A stretch of 64,000 bases of DNA from an uncultured delta proteobacterium (GCA_963761335.1 CAVXGR010000005.1:32001-96000); one strand, 5' to 3'. Positions 48,372 through 58,636 are shown, counted from the stretch's first letter. The notes: a model not told the origin generated them from the letters alone. Program-made: numbers and translations.

Positions 48372-49553
48372 ATGCGCCAGCTCTCCTCGAATCTGCGGAA
48401 GATGTACGCCATCCGCTTTCTGTTCTGGATGCACTTCTTCGCTTCCGTCCTGATTCCCTTCTTCCGCGACTGGGGCGGCATCACCTACACACAGATCTTC
48501 CTGCTGAACGCCTGGTTCATGCTGTGGAACTTTCTTCTGGAGGTGCCGACCGGAACCGTCGCCGACTTCTTCGGGCGGCGCGTCTCTCTGCTGCTCGGCG
48601 GCGTGGTCGCTGCCGCGGGTGCCCTGGTGTACGCCAGCCGTCCGAGCTTCGCGGTCTTTCTCTGCGGCGAGGTTCTCTTTGCCACCTCCTTCACGCTGAT
48701 GTCGGGAGCGGACGAGGCGCTGGTCTATGACACGCTGCTGGCGCTGGGCACACAAGGCGAGTCGAAGCGGGTTTTTGCCCGCCTGGAATCGTTCAAGCTC
48801 GCCGGCGTCATCGCCGGGGCTCTCTCCGGCAGCTTCATCGCCACCGCCCTCGGCCTGCGGGCGCCCATGCTGCTGGAGGTCGTGCCGTTTCTGGGGACGG
48901 CACTGATCGCGGCGACTCTGGTCGAGCCCCCCGGCGGCGCCGGGGGCAAGGGCGCCGTTCCCTATCCGCGGCTGCTCCTCGCCGGCATTCGCACCTTCGG
49001 CGGGCATCGCATCCTGCGCCTGCTGGCGGCCGACATGATCGCCAGCTTGACGCTGGCGTGGCTGATCATCTGGACCTACCAGCCGATGCTGGAGCGCGCC
49101 GGGGTGGCACTCGTGTACTTCGGGCTCGTCCACGCGGCCATGTGCCTCGGACAGATCGCCATCCTCGGCAACATCGAGCGCATCGAGGTCCTGGTGGGCT
49201 CGCGCACGCGCTATCTCTTCCTGAGCGCTCTCCTGCCGGGGATTGCCTTTTTGGCACTGGGTCTCAGCAGCGCCTTGCCGGTGGTGATCGTCGCCGTGCT
49301 GGTCGCCGCTTCGTTCGGGCTGTCGCGGCCGCCGCTCTTCATCAGCTACATGAACAAGTACATCGAGTCGGAGAACCGCGCCACGGTGCTGTCGACGATC
49401 TCGATGATGCGCACCCTGTCGATCGCCGCGATCAATCCGATCGCCGGCGTGCTTGCCGACTGGTCGCTGCCCTCGACGATGCTGATCATCGGCTCGGTGG
49501 GGGTGGTGATCGCCATTGCCGTGCGCACCGAGGAGGCCCATCTCATCGATTGA
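48372..49553 (+). CDS. MFS transporter
   Basis: LEVPTGTVADFFGRR, SGADEALVYD, RATVLS. Confidence 0.9.
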   Translation: MRQLSSNLRKMYAIRFLFWMHFFASVLIPFFRDWGGITYTQIFLLNAWFMLWNFLLEVPTGTVADFFGRRVSLLLGGVVAAAGALVYASRPSFAVFLCGEVLFATSFTLMSGADEALVYDTLLALGTQGESKRVFARLESFKLAGVIAGALSGSFIATALGLRAPMLLEVVPFLGTALIAATLVEPPGGAGGKGAVPYPRLLLAGIRTFGGHRILRLLAADMIASLTLAWLIIWTYQPMLERAGVALVYFGLVHAAMCLGQIAILGNIERIEVLVGSRTRYLFLSALLPGIAFLALGLSSALPVVIVAVLVAASFGLSRPPLFISYMNKYIESENRATVLSTISMMRTLSIAAINPIAGVLADWSLPSTMLIIGSVGVVIAIAVRTEEAHLID

Positions 49554-49640
49554 GAAGGGGGCCGGCTCCTTTTCGGCGAAAGGCATGTCCCGGCCGAAAT
49601 CCGCTGCGCGGAAATATCATCGCAGGCGTCTGCAGCGCGC

Positions 49641-49943
49641 CATGAGCTTTGCGGCTCACCAAAGGTCTGGCGGCGCCCCGGCGCTTGGCGTGGAGCTTAT
49701 CGCCCCGGAGGGGCGCGGGCATGTAGCCCCGGGTGTCAACCCGGGGACTGCGTTCCGATTGGCCCAGATCCGCGCCCCGGAGGGGCGCGTATGACGGACC
49801 GCGCATTTTTCCCCGGGTTTCACCCGGGGCTACACGCCACCGCCCCTCCGGGGCGAACTTCGCGCAGGCGAGAACCTCCAAATCTTGCCAGGGCAGATTC
49901 CCAGCCTCATTTCATCGTCTGTTGGTGAGCCGTAAGGCTCATG
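49641..49943. mobile_element. 303-bp MITE-like element with 22-bp terminal inverted repeats and internal REP palindromes
   Basis: CATGAGCTTTGCGGCTCACCAA (49641-49662) vs TTGGTGAGCCGTAAGGCTCATG (49922-49943), 2 mismatches. Confidence 0.65.
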
Positions 49944-50015
49944 ATGCGGCTTCCCCCTTCGTTGACCCGGGGCGCGTTCGGCGGGTAGAACCGCTCTTTC
50001 CCGGAGGTGACGAAA

Positions 50016-50987
50016 ATGGCTCTCATCGGACTTCGCTACGACCTACGCGTGCCTCCGTTCAGCAAGGCGACGCATGAGGAGATGTACGCTGCCTGTCTCG
50101 ACCAGTGCGCCTGGGGGGACGAGCGCGGTATCGACCTCGTGGTGCTCTCCGAGCACCACGGCATCGACGACGGCTTCATGTCGGCGCCGGTGACCCTGGC
50201 GGCGGCGATCGCCGGGCGCACCAGGCGCATCCAGCTCAACATCGCCGCCATCCTCGTCCCCCTGCACGACCCGGTGCGTCTCGCCGAGCAGCTGGCGGCG
50301 GTGCAGCTGGTGAGCGGCGGCCGGCTCAGCCTGGTGGCCGGTCTCGGCTATCGCCAGGAGGAGTTCGAGATGGCCGGCGTCGAGCGCAAGCAGCGCGGCA
50401 AGCTGCTCGAGGAGTACGTCCAGGTGATGCGTCAGGCGTGGACGGGAGAGCCGTTCGAGTGGCGCGGGCGCACCATTCGCGTCACTCCGAAGCCGAGCTC
50501 GCCGCCGATCATGCTCATCGGCGGCTCGACGGAGATCGCGGCGCGGCGCGCCGCGCGGCTGCACGCCGGCTTCTTTCCGGCGATCCGCGACCAGCACCTG
50601 GCTGCCGTGTACAACGCCGAGTGCGAACGACTCGGCTTTCAAGGCGGCTTCGTCAGCATGCCGAACGGACCCGGCTTCGTGCACGTCTCCGAGGACCCGG
50701 AGCGCGACTGGGCGCGCATCGCTCCACACGCGCTCCACGAGGCGCAGACCTACCACTCGTGGCAGACCGCCGACCAGAGATCGCAGGTGCACGTCGAGGC
50801 GCAGAATGTGGACGAGCTGCGCAAGAGCGGCGTCTACCAGGTGCTCACCCCCGACGAGTGCGTGAAGCTGGCGGAGGATACCGGGCAGGTGATCCTCCAC
50901 CCGCTGATGGGGGGCATGCCCCCGGAGCTCGGCTGGGAGGGCCTGGAGCTGTTCGCCGCCAAGGTGCTGCCGCGCATCAAGCCGTGA
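50016..50987 (+). CDS. LLM-class (luciferase-like) flavin-dependent oxidoreductase
   Basis: LSEHHG, PLHDPVRLAEQ, SGGRL..GLGYR.EEF. Confidence 0.9.
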   Translation: MALIGLRYDLRVPPFSKATHEEMYAACLDQCAWGDERGIDLVVLSEHHGIDDGFMSAPVTLAAAIAGRTRRIQLNIAAILVPLHDPVRLAEQLAAVQLVSGGRLSLVAGLGYRQEEFEMAGVERKQRGKLLEEYVQVMRQAWTGEPFEWRGRTIRVTPKPSSPPIMLIGGSTEIAARRAARLHAGFFPAIRDQHLAAVYNAECERLGFQGGFVSMPNGPGFVHVSEDPERDWARIAPHALHEAQTYHSWQTADQRSQVHVEAQNVDELRKSGVYQVLTPDECVKLAEDTGQVILHPLMGGMPPELGWEGLELFAAKVLPRIKP

Positions 50988-51001
50988 TCGGGGAGGTTCC
51001 C

Positions 51002-51487
51002 ATGAGCGACTACAAGGATCTCGAACGGCGCCTGCGACGACTGGAAGACGTCGAGGCCATCAAGCAGCTCAAGTACCGCTACTGGCGGCATCTCGACCTC
51101 AAGGAATGGGAGGAGCTGGCGGAGTGCTTCGCCGAGGACGCCACCGTCGCCTACGGCGGTGGCAAGTACCGCTTCGAGGGGCGCGAGGCGATCATGCGCT
51201 TCCTGCGCGACTCGCTCTCCCGGGAGAGCGGCTCGGTGACCGTTCACCACGGCCATCATCCGGAGATCGAGATCACCGGCGAGGACAGCGCCCGCGGCAC
51301 GTGGGGCTTGTACAACTACATGTACAACGAGAAGCAGAACCGCGGCATCCGCATCGGCGCCTATTACCGCGACGACTACTCCCGCATCGGCGGCATCTGG
51401 AAGATCACCCACATCGGCTACCAGACCATCTTTCACGAGGAGTGGAAGCGCGACGAGATTCCCTCCCTGCGCCTGCTGGAGGGCTAG
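51002..51487 (+). CDS. NTF2-like / SnoaL-4 domain protein
   Basis: LEDVEAIKQLKYRY..LD.K.W, HHGHHPEI, YYRD.Y....WKI. Confidence 0.88.
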   Translation: MSDYKDLERRLRRLEDVEAIKQLKYRYWRHLDLKEWEELAECFAEDATVAYGGGKYRFEGREAIMRFLRDSLSRESGSVTVHHGHHPEIEITGEDSARGTWGLYNYMYNEKQNRGIRIGAYYRDDYSRIGGIWKITHIGYQTIFHEEWKRDEIPSLRLLEG

Positions 51488-51505
51488 CGGAAACTCTGCT
51501 CACCG

Positions 51506-52978
51506 TCACAGCTCCCCCTCGGCGCGGCCGAAGACCAGCTGCAGGAGGTGGCGGCTCTCGCGGGTGACGAAGAAGCAGAGGTGGTCCCCGGAGCGGAGCT
51601 GCGTCAGGCCACGCGGCGCCAGCACCTCGTCGTCGCGCAGGACGATGGTGAGCACGCAGCCCGCGGGCAGGGGCAGGTCCTGCACGCAGGCGCCGCAGGC
51701 GGCGGAGGCGGGGTGCATGCCGTACCAGACGAACTCGCCGGCGTAGTCGCGCAGGGCGATGAGCTCGACGCTCGCCGGTGAATCGCTGGCGGTCTCCCGC
51801 GCCAGTCCCATGCGGCGCGCTACCCAGGTGACCGTGGCGCCGGGCAGCAGGCTGTTGACCACCACCACGAAGAACACCAGGTGGAAGATGGCGTCGCCGC
51901 CGGGAACGCCGCGCAGCGCCGGGTACATGGCGAGGATGATGGGCACGGCGCCGCGCAGCCCCACCCAGCAGATGAAGCGCCGCTGGCGGGAGGTGAAGTC
52001 GAAGGGGTAGAGCGTGATCGCCGTCGCCAGCGGCCGGGCGACGAAGGCGATGCCGAGCGCCAGGGCAATCCCCGCGGGCAGCAACGGCCATAGCCGCGAA
52101 GGGAAGACCAGGAGGCCCAGCATGAGAAACATGAGCGTCTGTGCCAGCCACGCCAGCGAGTCGTGAAAGCGGCGCACGCCGGCGCGGTAGGGCAGGGGCC
52201 CGGCGCCGAGAATCATGGCGGCGATGTAGACGGCGAGAAAGCCGCTGCCGTGGACGACGGTCGGCATGCCGAAGGCGATGAAGGCGAGCCCGACGGTGAC
52301 CACCGGGTAGAGCCCGGCGACCGGCAGCCGCACGCGTTGCAGGAGGAACCTCCCGCCGTAGCCGACCAGAGCGCCGCCGAGAGCGCCGAGGGCAAACTGC
52401 TGCGCCAGCAGCCCGACGGTGCCGAGAATTCCGTAGCCGCGGCCGACCAGAGCCTCGGTGGTGAGGAAGGTGAGGAGAACGGCCATGGGGTCGTTGAGAC
52501 CCGACTCGACCTCGAGCACGGCGCCGGTCTTCTCCTGGAGGCGTATCTGGCTGGTGCGCAGGATCGAGAACACGGCGGCGGCGTCGGTGGACGACACGAC
52601 GCTGCCGACGAGCAACGCCAAGGGGAGCGAGAGCCCCAGCAGGAGCCCGAGCCCGGCGACGATGCCGGCGGTGAGCACTACGCCGACGGTGGCCAGGGCC
52701 GCTCCCTGCCATGCCACGCTCCGGAACACCGCCGGCGAGGTGTTGAGGCCGCCGTCGAAGAGGATCAGCACCAGAGCCGCGACGCCGATGCGAAAGCCGA
52801 GGGAGTAGTCGGCGAAGGGGATTCCGCCGAGGCCCTCGGACCCTGCCGCCATGCCGAGCGCCAGGAAGACGAGAAGCGCCGGAACCCCGAGGAGCCGCGA
52901 CACCGTGCTGGCGGCGCCGGCGGTGATCAGCAGAGTGCCGACGAGGGCGAGCAGAACGGCAGTGGCGAATGGTTCCAT
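51506..52978 (-). CDS. cvrA: K+/H+ antiporter (NhaP2/CvrA family) with TrkA-C domain
   Basis: GSEGLGGI.F, ILFDGGL, SSTDAAAVFSIL, ESGLNDPMA, GLRGAVPIILA. Confidence 0.88.
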   Translation of the reverse strand: MEPFATAVLLALVGTLLITAGAASTVSRLLGVPALLVFLALGMAAGSEGLGGIPFADYSLGFRIGVAALVLILFDGGLNTSPAVFRSVAWQGAALATVGVVLTAGIVAGLGLLLGLSLPLALLVGSVVSSTDAAAVFSILRTSQIRLQEKTGAVLEVESGLNDPMAVLLTFLTTEALVGRGYGILGTVGLLAQQFALGALGGALVGYGGRFLLQRVRLPVAGLYPVVTVGLAFIAFGMPTVVHGSGFLAVYIAAMILGAGPLPYRAGVRRFHDSLAWLAQTLMFLMLGLLVFPSRLWPLLPAGIALALGIAFVARPLATAITLYPFDFTSRQRRFICWVGLRGAVPIILAMYPALRGVPGGDAIFHLVFFVVVVNSLLPGATVTWVARRMGLARETASDSPASVELIALRDYAGEFVWYGMHPASAACGACVQDLPLPAGCVLTIVLRDDEVLAPRGLTQLRSGDHLCFFVTRESRHLLQLVFGRAEGEL

Positions 52979-53008
52979 CGGCTCATCACCGCGCCACTGC
53001 CCGCGGGC

Positions 53009-53992
53009 TCAGGGGATCAGCAGGATCGATCCGGTCGTCTTGCGCGCCTCGAGGTCGCGGTGTGCCTCCGCCGCCTTCTCCAGCGGATACGTCTGCTTGA
53101 TCTCGATCTTCACGGCGCCGTACTCGACCAACCGAAAGAGCTCGTTCGCCGACTCCAGCAGCTCGGCGCGGCTGGCGGTGTAGGTCATCAGCGTCGGCCG
53201 AGTGATGTACAGCGATCCCTTCATCGACAGCGTCGCCAGGTTGAACGGCGGCACCGGTCCGGAGGCGTTGCCGAAGCTCACCATCATGCCCCGCGGGCTG
53301 AGACAGTCGAGCGATCCCTCGAAGGTCGCCTTGCCCACCGAGTCGTACACCACCGGCACGCCCTTGCCGTGGGTGATCTCGCGCACGCGGTCAGTGAAGC
53401 TCTCGCGCGTGTAGACGATGGTGTGGGTGCAGCCGTGCTCCCGCGCCAGGTCTGCCTTCTCATCGGTGCCGACGGTGCCGATGACGGTGGCGCCGATGTG
53501 CCGGGCCCACTGGCTGGCGATGGTGCCGACGCCGCCGGCGGCGGCGTGCAGCAGAATGGTGTCGCCCGGCTGCACCGCATAGGTGCGGCGCAGCAGGTAC
53601 TCGGCGGTCATTCCCTTGAGCATCATCGCCGCCGCCTCGCGGTCGCTGATGGTGTCGGGCAGGGGCAGCAGTCGATCGGCGGGCATCAGTCGCCGCTCGG
53701 CGTAGGCGCCGAGCGGCGGGCTGGCGTAGGCGACTCGGGTGCCGACCGCCAGATCGGCAACGTTCGGACCCACGGCCTCGACCACCCCGGCGCCTTCCAT
53801 GCCGATGACGCACGGCGTCTCCGGGACCGGATACAGGCCGGTGCGGTGGTAGACGTCGATGAAGTTGACGCCGATGGCCGTCTGCCGGATGCGGGCCTCG
53901 CCCGCTCCGGGCTCGCCGATGTCGACCTCGTCGAAGCGCAGCTCCTCCGGACCGCCCTGGGCGTGGATGCGTATCGCTCTCGTCTTTGCCAT
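53009..53992 (-). CDS. qor: NADPH:quinone oxidoreductase (zeta-crystallin family)
   Basis: GVNFIDVYHRTGLYP, HAAAGGVG, VYDSVGK, FGNASG. Confidence 0.92.
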   Translation of the reverse strand: MAKTRAIRIHAQGGPEELRFDEVDIGEPGAGEARIRQTAIGVNFIDVYHRTGLYPVPETPCVIGMEGAGVVEAVGPNVADLAVGTRVAYASPPLGAYAERRLMPADRLLPLPDTISDREAAAMMLKGMTAEYLLRRTYAVQPGDTILLHAAAGGVGTIASQWARHIGATVIGTVGTDEKADLAREHGCTHTIVYTRESFTDRVREITHGKGVPVVYDSVGKATFEGSLDCLSPRGMMVSFGNASGPVPPFNLATLSMKGSLYITRPTLMTYTASRAELLESANELFRLVEYGAVKIEIKQTYPLEKAAEAHRDLEARKTTGSILLIP

Positions 53993-54178
53993 TCTGCCGA
54001 CTCCGTCTGCCCAGGGCAGCCTGCGCAAGCGAGGCGGTGGTGTCAAGGCAGGTGGCTCGGTCACTCAGTGGCTCGGTGTCGGGGTTGGCGGGCGACACCT
54101 GCAGCGGCTCAGTGCGTGGCCAGCGCCATCGGCACCGGCCGCTGGAACGGAGCGGGCGGAATAGATAAGCGTACGGCC

Positions 54179-55165
54179 ATGAGCGACGACCGCGTCCGGC
54201 TTGCCGGCACCGACATCGACATCCCGCGCCTCGGGCTCGGCACCTGGGCCTGGGGAGACCGCTCGACGTGGGGGATGAACGACTACGACCCCAGCTACGG
54301 GTTCGACACCATCCGCGAGGCGTATCGCGCCTCGGTCGCCGCCGGGGTGACCTTTCTCGATACCGCCGAGGGCTACGGCAACGGCGAGAGCGAGCGCATC
54401 GTCGGGCGCCTCCTGCAGGAGGACCCCGAGAACCGTTCGCGCGTCGTGGTGGCGAGCAAGTTCAATCCCTTCCCGTGGAAGATCTTCGTCTCCTCGTCCC
54501 TGATGTCGTCGCTGCGCGCCTCGCTGGAGCGGCTGCAGATACCGTTCGTGCACCTCTACCAGATTCACGGCCCCATCAGCCTGCGCTCGCATGCCGCCAT
54601 GGCCGATGCCCTCGCGGAAGCGCACGGGGCAGGGCTGGTGAAGGCCGTCGGCGTCTCCAACTACTCCGAGAAGGAGATGCGCTCCATTCACGCCGAGCTC
54701 GGCAAGCGCGGCATCGCCCTGGCCAGCAACCAGGTGGAGTACTCGCTGCTGCGCACCATGCCGGAGAAGGTCGGGCTGCTCGCCGCCTGCAAGCAGCTCG
54801 GCGTCGTGCTGCTCGCCTACTCGCCGATTGCGCAGGGCCGGCTGACGGGGAAATACAGCGCCCAGAATCCTCCCAAGGGCAGCCGCCAGTTCTCGAACTT
54901 CCCGATGGCGGAGGTCGAGCCGATCGTCGCCGAGCTGCGGCGACTCGGCGAGTCCCACGGCGGCCGGACGCCGGCGCAGGTGGCGCTCAACTGGCTCATT
55001 TGCAAGGGCGCCGTGCCCATCCCCGGCGCCAAGAACAAGTCGCAGGCGGAGCAGAACGGCGGCGCCCTGGGATGGAGCCTGACGGAGGAAGAGGTGCAGC
55101 GGCTCGAGCAGCTGAGCAAGTACGGCCAGCGCCGCATCTTCCACCGCATCTGGCAGCACGGCTAG
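54179..55165 (+). CDS. Aldo/keto reductase
   Basis: LGLGTWAWG, DTAEGYG, VGVSNYS, NQVEYSL, AYSPIAQG, PIPGAK. Confidence 0.92.
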   Translation: MSDDRVRLAGTDIDIPRLGLGTWAWGDRSTWGMNDYDPSYGFDTIREAYRASVAAGVTFLDTAEGYGNGESERIVGRLLQEDPENRSRVVVASKFNPFPWKIFVSSSLMSSLRASLERLQIPFVHLYQIHGPISLRSHAAMADALAEAHGAGLVKAVGVSNYSEKEMRSIHAELGKRGIALASNQVEYSLLRTMPEKVGLLAACKQLGVVLLAYSPIAQGRLTGKYSAQNPPKGSRQFSNFPMAEVEPIVAELRRLGESHGGRTPAQVALNWLICKGAVPIPGAKNKSQAEQNGGALGWSLTEEEVQRLEQLSKYGQRRIFHRIWQHG

Positions 55166-55251
55166 GCGAATCGCCGGCACGGCATAGCAAAGTTGCTAGA
55201 TGCGAGCCATTGATAACGATGATCGATCCCCGTCCGCACCGCTGCGAGAGT

Positions 55252-55399
55252 GGGTTCCCTCTCCCGCATTGCCTGCGGAAGAGGGCCAGGGTGAGGGTGC
55301 CGATCTCTCTGAAGCGCCGCAAAGGTCACGAGGTTTCAGTGAAGAAGGGACCCCTCACCTTAGTCCTCTCCCCGCGGAAATGCGGGGAGAGGAGACCCT
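55252..55399. repeat. Intergenic REP-like element, same family as 16030-16138
   Basis: GGTTCCCTCTCCCGCATTG...GGGTGAGGGT...CCCCTCACCTT..TCCTCTCCCCGC...TGCGGGGAGAGGAGACCC. Confidence 0.75.
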
Positions 55400-55459
55400 G
55401 GCGCGTCGGGCCGAAGGGATGGGCACGAACGTCAGATCGGCAGCTTGACAGGGTACCGA

Positions 55460-55873
55460 ATGGCCGAGGACAGCTGCATCTTCTGCAGGATCGTTCGCGG
55501 TGAGATGCCCGCGGACCGCGTCTACGAGGACGAGAGCACCTTGGTGTTCATGGACATCTTTCCGGTGACCGCCGGGCATACGCTGGTGATCACCAAGGAG
55601 CACTTCGCCGACCTGTTTGCGGCGACGCCCGAATCCCTGCGCGCCGTCGCCGCGACCGCGAAGAAGGTCGCCGAGGCGATACGGCGCTCCCTGGCCCCGG
55701 ACGGTCTGATGGTCTTTCAGCTCAACGGGGTCGCCGCCGGGCAATCGGTCTTCCACTTCCACATGCACCTTCTGCCCCGCGCCAACGGCGAGCCGCTGGC
55801 GCTGCACTCGCGCGTCGCCGGCGACCCCGCGCGTCTGCGCCAGCTGGCGGCGATGATCACCGCGGCGCTTTGA
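55460..55873 (+). CDS. HIT family protein
   Basis: CIFCRI, GHTLVI, HFHMH triad. Confidence 0.92.
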   Translation: MAEDSCIFCRIVRGEMPADRVYEDESTLVFMDIFPVTAGHTLVITKEHFADLFAATPESLRAVAATAKKVAEAIRRSLAPDGLMVFQLNGVAAGQSVFHFHMHLLPRANGEPLALHSRVAGDPARLRQLAAMITAAL

Positions 55874-57066
55874 ATCACAAGAACGCCTTTCGGCTGCTCT
55901 TCGCCTGCCTCCTCTCGATCGGGATGGGGCAGTCGATGCTGTTCGCCATCCTGCCGCCGGCGGCGCGAGAGATCGGCATCACGCCGTTTCAGGTGTCGAC
56001 CATCTTCGCCGCTTCCGCCTCGATCTGGGTCTTCGTGAGCCCCATGTGGGGACGGCGCAGCGACATCATCGGTCGCCGGCCGGTGATCCTCATCGGCCTG
56101 CTCGGCTTCGCCCTGTCGATGGTGCTGCTGGCGGCGATGATTGCCGTCGGCCTCCGCAAGCTTCTGCCGGTGCTCGCCGTCTATCCGTTGATGATCGCGG
56201 CGCGCTGCGTCTTCGCTCTTCTCGGCTCCGGCACCGGACCGGCGTCACAGGCCTACGTCGCCGACCGCACCAGCCGCGCCGAGCGCGCCGCCGGCGTCGC
56301 CCTGGTGAGCGCCGCCCTCGGTCTCGGCCAGACCGTCGGCCCCGCGGTCGGCGCGATCCTCGCCGTCCACGGCCTGCTGACACCCCTGTACTTCTCGGCC
56401 GGGTTGGCGGTGATCAGCGCCTTTGCCATTCTCCTCTTCCTGCCCGAGGAAGGACCGCCGGTGGCGAAGGGCGCCGAACGGCCGCCGCGGTTGAAGTTCC
56501 GCGACCCGCGCATCACCCCCTTCCTGCTGATCGCCGCCTGTCTGCAGGCGGTGCGCTCGACGACGGTGATCACCCTGGCCTTCTATCTCCAGGACTCGCT
56601 CCGGCTGACGGCCCAGCAGACGGTACAGTACGCCGGAATCGGCTTCGTGGTTCTCGCCGTCGCCGGTCTCTTCGCCCAGCTCGTCCTGGTGCAGCGGCTG
56701 CAGCCGACGCCGCGAGCGATGATTCGCAGCGGTGTGCCGCTGGCGCTGACGGCGTTCGTGGTGATCGTCATCGGTCGCGGCTTCGCCGTCGACCTGGTGG
56801 CGCTGGCGCTGCTCGGCGCCGGCCTCGGCCTGGTGCGTCCGGGCAACGCGGCGGCGGCGTCGCTCTCCGTCGGCGCCCACGAGCAGGGCTCGGTCGCCGG
56901 CGTCACTGCCGCGATCGGCGTGCTCGGCAACGTCTTCGGACCGATGCTGGGGACGGCGCTCTACTCGGCCATGCACATCGCGCCATATCTGCTCAACGCC
57001 TCGATCATGGCCGTGGCGCTGGTGTTCGTGTTCACCAACCGGCGGATCCATCGCGCCGCCGTCTGA
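55870..57066 (+). CDS. MFS transporter (TetA-like)
   Basis: WGRRSDIIGRRPV, AYVADRT; about 12 TM helices. Confidence 0.88.
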   Translation: MNHKNAFRLLFACLLSIGMGQSMLFAILPPAAREIGITPFQVSTIFAASASIWVFVSPMWGRRSDIIGRRPVILIGLLGFALSMVLLAAMIAVGLRKLLPVLAVYPLMIAARCVFALLGSGTGPASQAYVADRTSRAERAAGVALVSAALGLGQTVGPAVGAILAVHGLLTPLYFSAGLAVISAFAILLFLPEEGPPVAKGAERPPRLKFRDPRITPFLLIAACLQAVRSTTVITLAFYLQDSLRLTAQQTVQYAGIGFVVLAVAGLFAQLVLVQRLQPTPRAMIRSGVPLALTAFVVIVIGRGFAVDLVALALLGAGLGLVRPGNAAAASLSVGAHEQGSVAGVTAAIGVLGNVFGPMLGTALYSAMHIAPYLLNASIMAVALVFVFTNRRIHRAAV

Positions 57067-57123
57067 GGGGAGGGTGAATTACCGCCGGCTTCCGGCTAAG
57101 GACTCTTGCGGGAGGACTCGCAC

Positions 57124-57975
57124 ATGCAGAATTTCGAGGGCAAGGTCGCGGTGATCACCGGCGCCGCCAGCGGCATCGGCCTGGCGCTGGCCGAGGCCGC
57201 CGCCGCGGCAAAGATGAAGGTGGCGCTCGCCGACGTCGAGCGCCAGGCGCTGGCAGCGGCGGAGGAGCGGCTGCGCGCCAGCGGCGCGGAAGTTCTCGCC
57301 GCCGTCACCGATGTCTCCGACGCCGCCTCCGTCGAGTCGCTGCGCGACCGGGTGATCGGCGAATGGGGCGCTGTCCACCTGCTCTGCAACAACGCCGGCG
57401 TCGCCGTGTCCGGCTTCACGTGGGAGATCACCACGGACGACTGGACGTGGATTCTCGGCGTCAATCTGTGGGGGGTGATTCACGGCATCCGCGCCTTCGT
57501 GCCCGGCATGCTCGCCGCGGGGGAGCCGGCCCACGTGGTCAACACCGCGTCCATGGCCGGGCTGGTCGCCGGTGGGGGGATGTCGCCGTACAACGCCACC
57601 AAGCACGCCGTGGTCGCCATCTCCGAGAGCATGCACCACGAGCTGACGCTCTCGGCATCGCCGGTGCACGTGTCGGTGCTCTGCCCCGGATGGGTGAGCA
57701 CGCGCATCATGGACTCGGAGCGCAATCGCCCGGCGGCCCTGGCGCACACCGTCGACCGCAGCGCCCATCCGGAGTTCGCCGCCATCGAGACGATGGCGCG
57801 CCAGGCGCTCGCCGCCGGCATGCCGCCTGCCGAGATCGCCAAGCGGGTGTTCGCGGCGGTGCGCGATGAACGCTTCTGGATTCTCACGCACGAGGATTTC
57901 AAGCCGGCGGTGCGCATCCGCTTCGAAGCCGCCATCGAGGGACGCAACCCCGAGCTGCGCCTGCCCGGCCGGTGA
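57124..57975 (+). CDS. SDR family oxidoreductase
   Basis: TGAASGIG, NNAGV, YNATK. Confidence 0.92.
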   Translation: MQNFEGKVAVITGAASGIGLALAEAAAAAKMKVALADVERQALAAAEERLRASGAEVLAAVTDVSDAASVESLRDRVIGEWGAVHLLCNNAGVAVSGFTWEITTDDWTWILGVNLWGVIHGIRAFVPGMLAAGEPAHVVNTASMAGLVAGGGMSPYNATKHAVVAISESMHHELTLSASPVHVSVLCPGWVSTRIMDSERNRPAALAHTVDRSAHPEFAAIETMARQALAAGMPPAEIAKRVFAAVRDERFWILTHEDFKPAVRIRFEAAIEGRNPELRLPGR

Positions 57976-58002
57976 CGCCATGGGCCTCTGTCCGTCTCCA
58001 CC

Positions 58003-58152
58003 CATCCCCGGTTCTCATCCCCGGTTCTCATCCCGTCGTTTTCCATTCGCCCTGACAGCCGCGGGATACCCCCGACTGATCCGGCCTGCGCGCCGCTTTC
58101 AGAACAATGGAAAACGACGGGATGAGAACCGGGGATGAGAACCGGGAATGAG
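58003..58152. repeat. Long palindromic intergenic element (family of 3)
   Basis: CCCCGGTTCTCATCCCGTCGTTTTCCATT ... AATGGAAAACGACGGGATGAGAACCGGGG. Confidence 0.85.
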
Positions 58153-58244
58153 GGGGTAGGGACCAAACGGACTGATGTTGAAACGCCCCTTTTCTGTTAT
58201 ATGGCGAGGATCGCGCGGCCGATGCGCCGCACCAGGAGAAGGAA

Positions 58245-58577
58245 ATGTTCGAAGGTCTGTTTGCACCCACCCACCTGATTCTCGTCCTCTTCATCGCCCT
58301 GATCTTCTTCGGCCCGGGCAAGCTGCCCGAGCTGGGCGAGGCCCTGGGCAAGAGCATTCGCGAGTTCCGCAAGGGAGTTCGCGCCATGAGCGAGGATGCT
58401 CTCGCCGAGGATGCTCTCGCGGAGGATGGGCTCGCTGCCGAAAACGTGGCAACGGCCCTGCCCCCGAGCTCCGGCGTCAGCTGCGCCACCTGCGGTACGG
58501 TGAGCACGGCGCAGAATCACTTCTGCGGCAAGTGCGGACAGGCACTGGCCGAGCCGGTCGCGGCGGGCGCTTCCTGA
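58245..58577 (+). CDS. tatA: TatA/E subunit fused to a C-terminal zinc ribbon
   Basis: LIFFGPGKLPELGEALGKSIREFRK; tail CATCG...NHFCGKCG. Confidence 0.85.
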   Translation: MFEGLFAPTHLILVLFIALIFFGPGKLPELGEALGKSIREFRKGVRAMSEDALAEDALAEDGLAAENVATALPPSSGVSCATCGTVSTAQNHFCGKCGQALAEPVAAGAS

Positions 58578-58636
58578 GCCGTCCGGCGGCTCGCCGGGCG
58601 ATTGACTTCGCCGTTCTCCTCAGCCAGAGACGGCGG

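Noticed and set aside
52163..55165. Apparent 1000-aa fusion ORF
   Set aside because: Only the last 328 aa (aldo/keto reductase, ATG 54179) are real; the rest is antisense to qor and cvrA.
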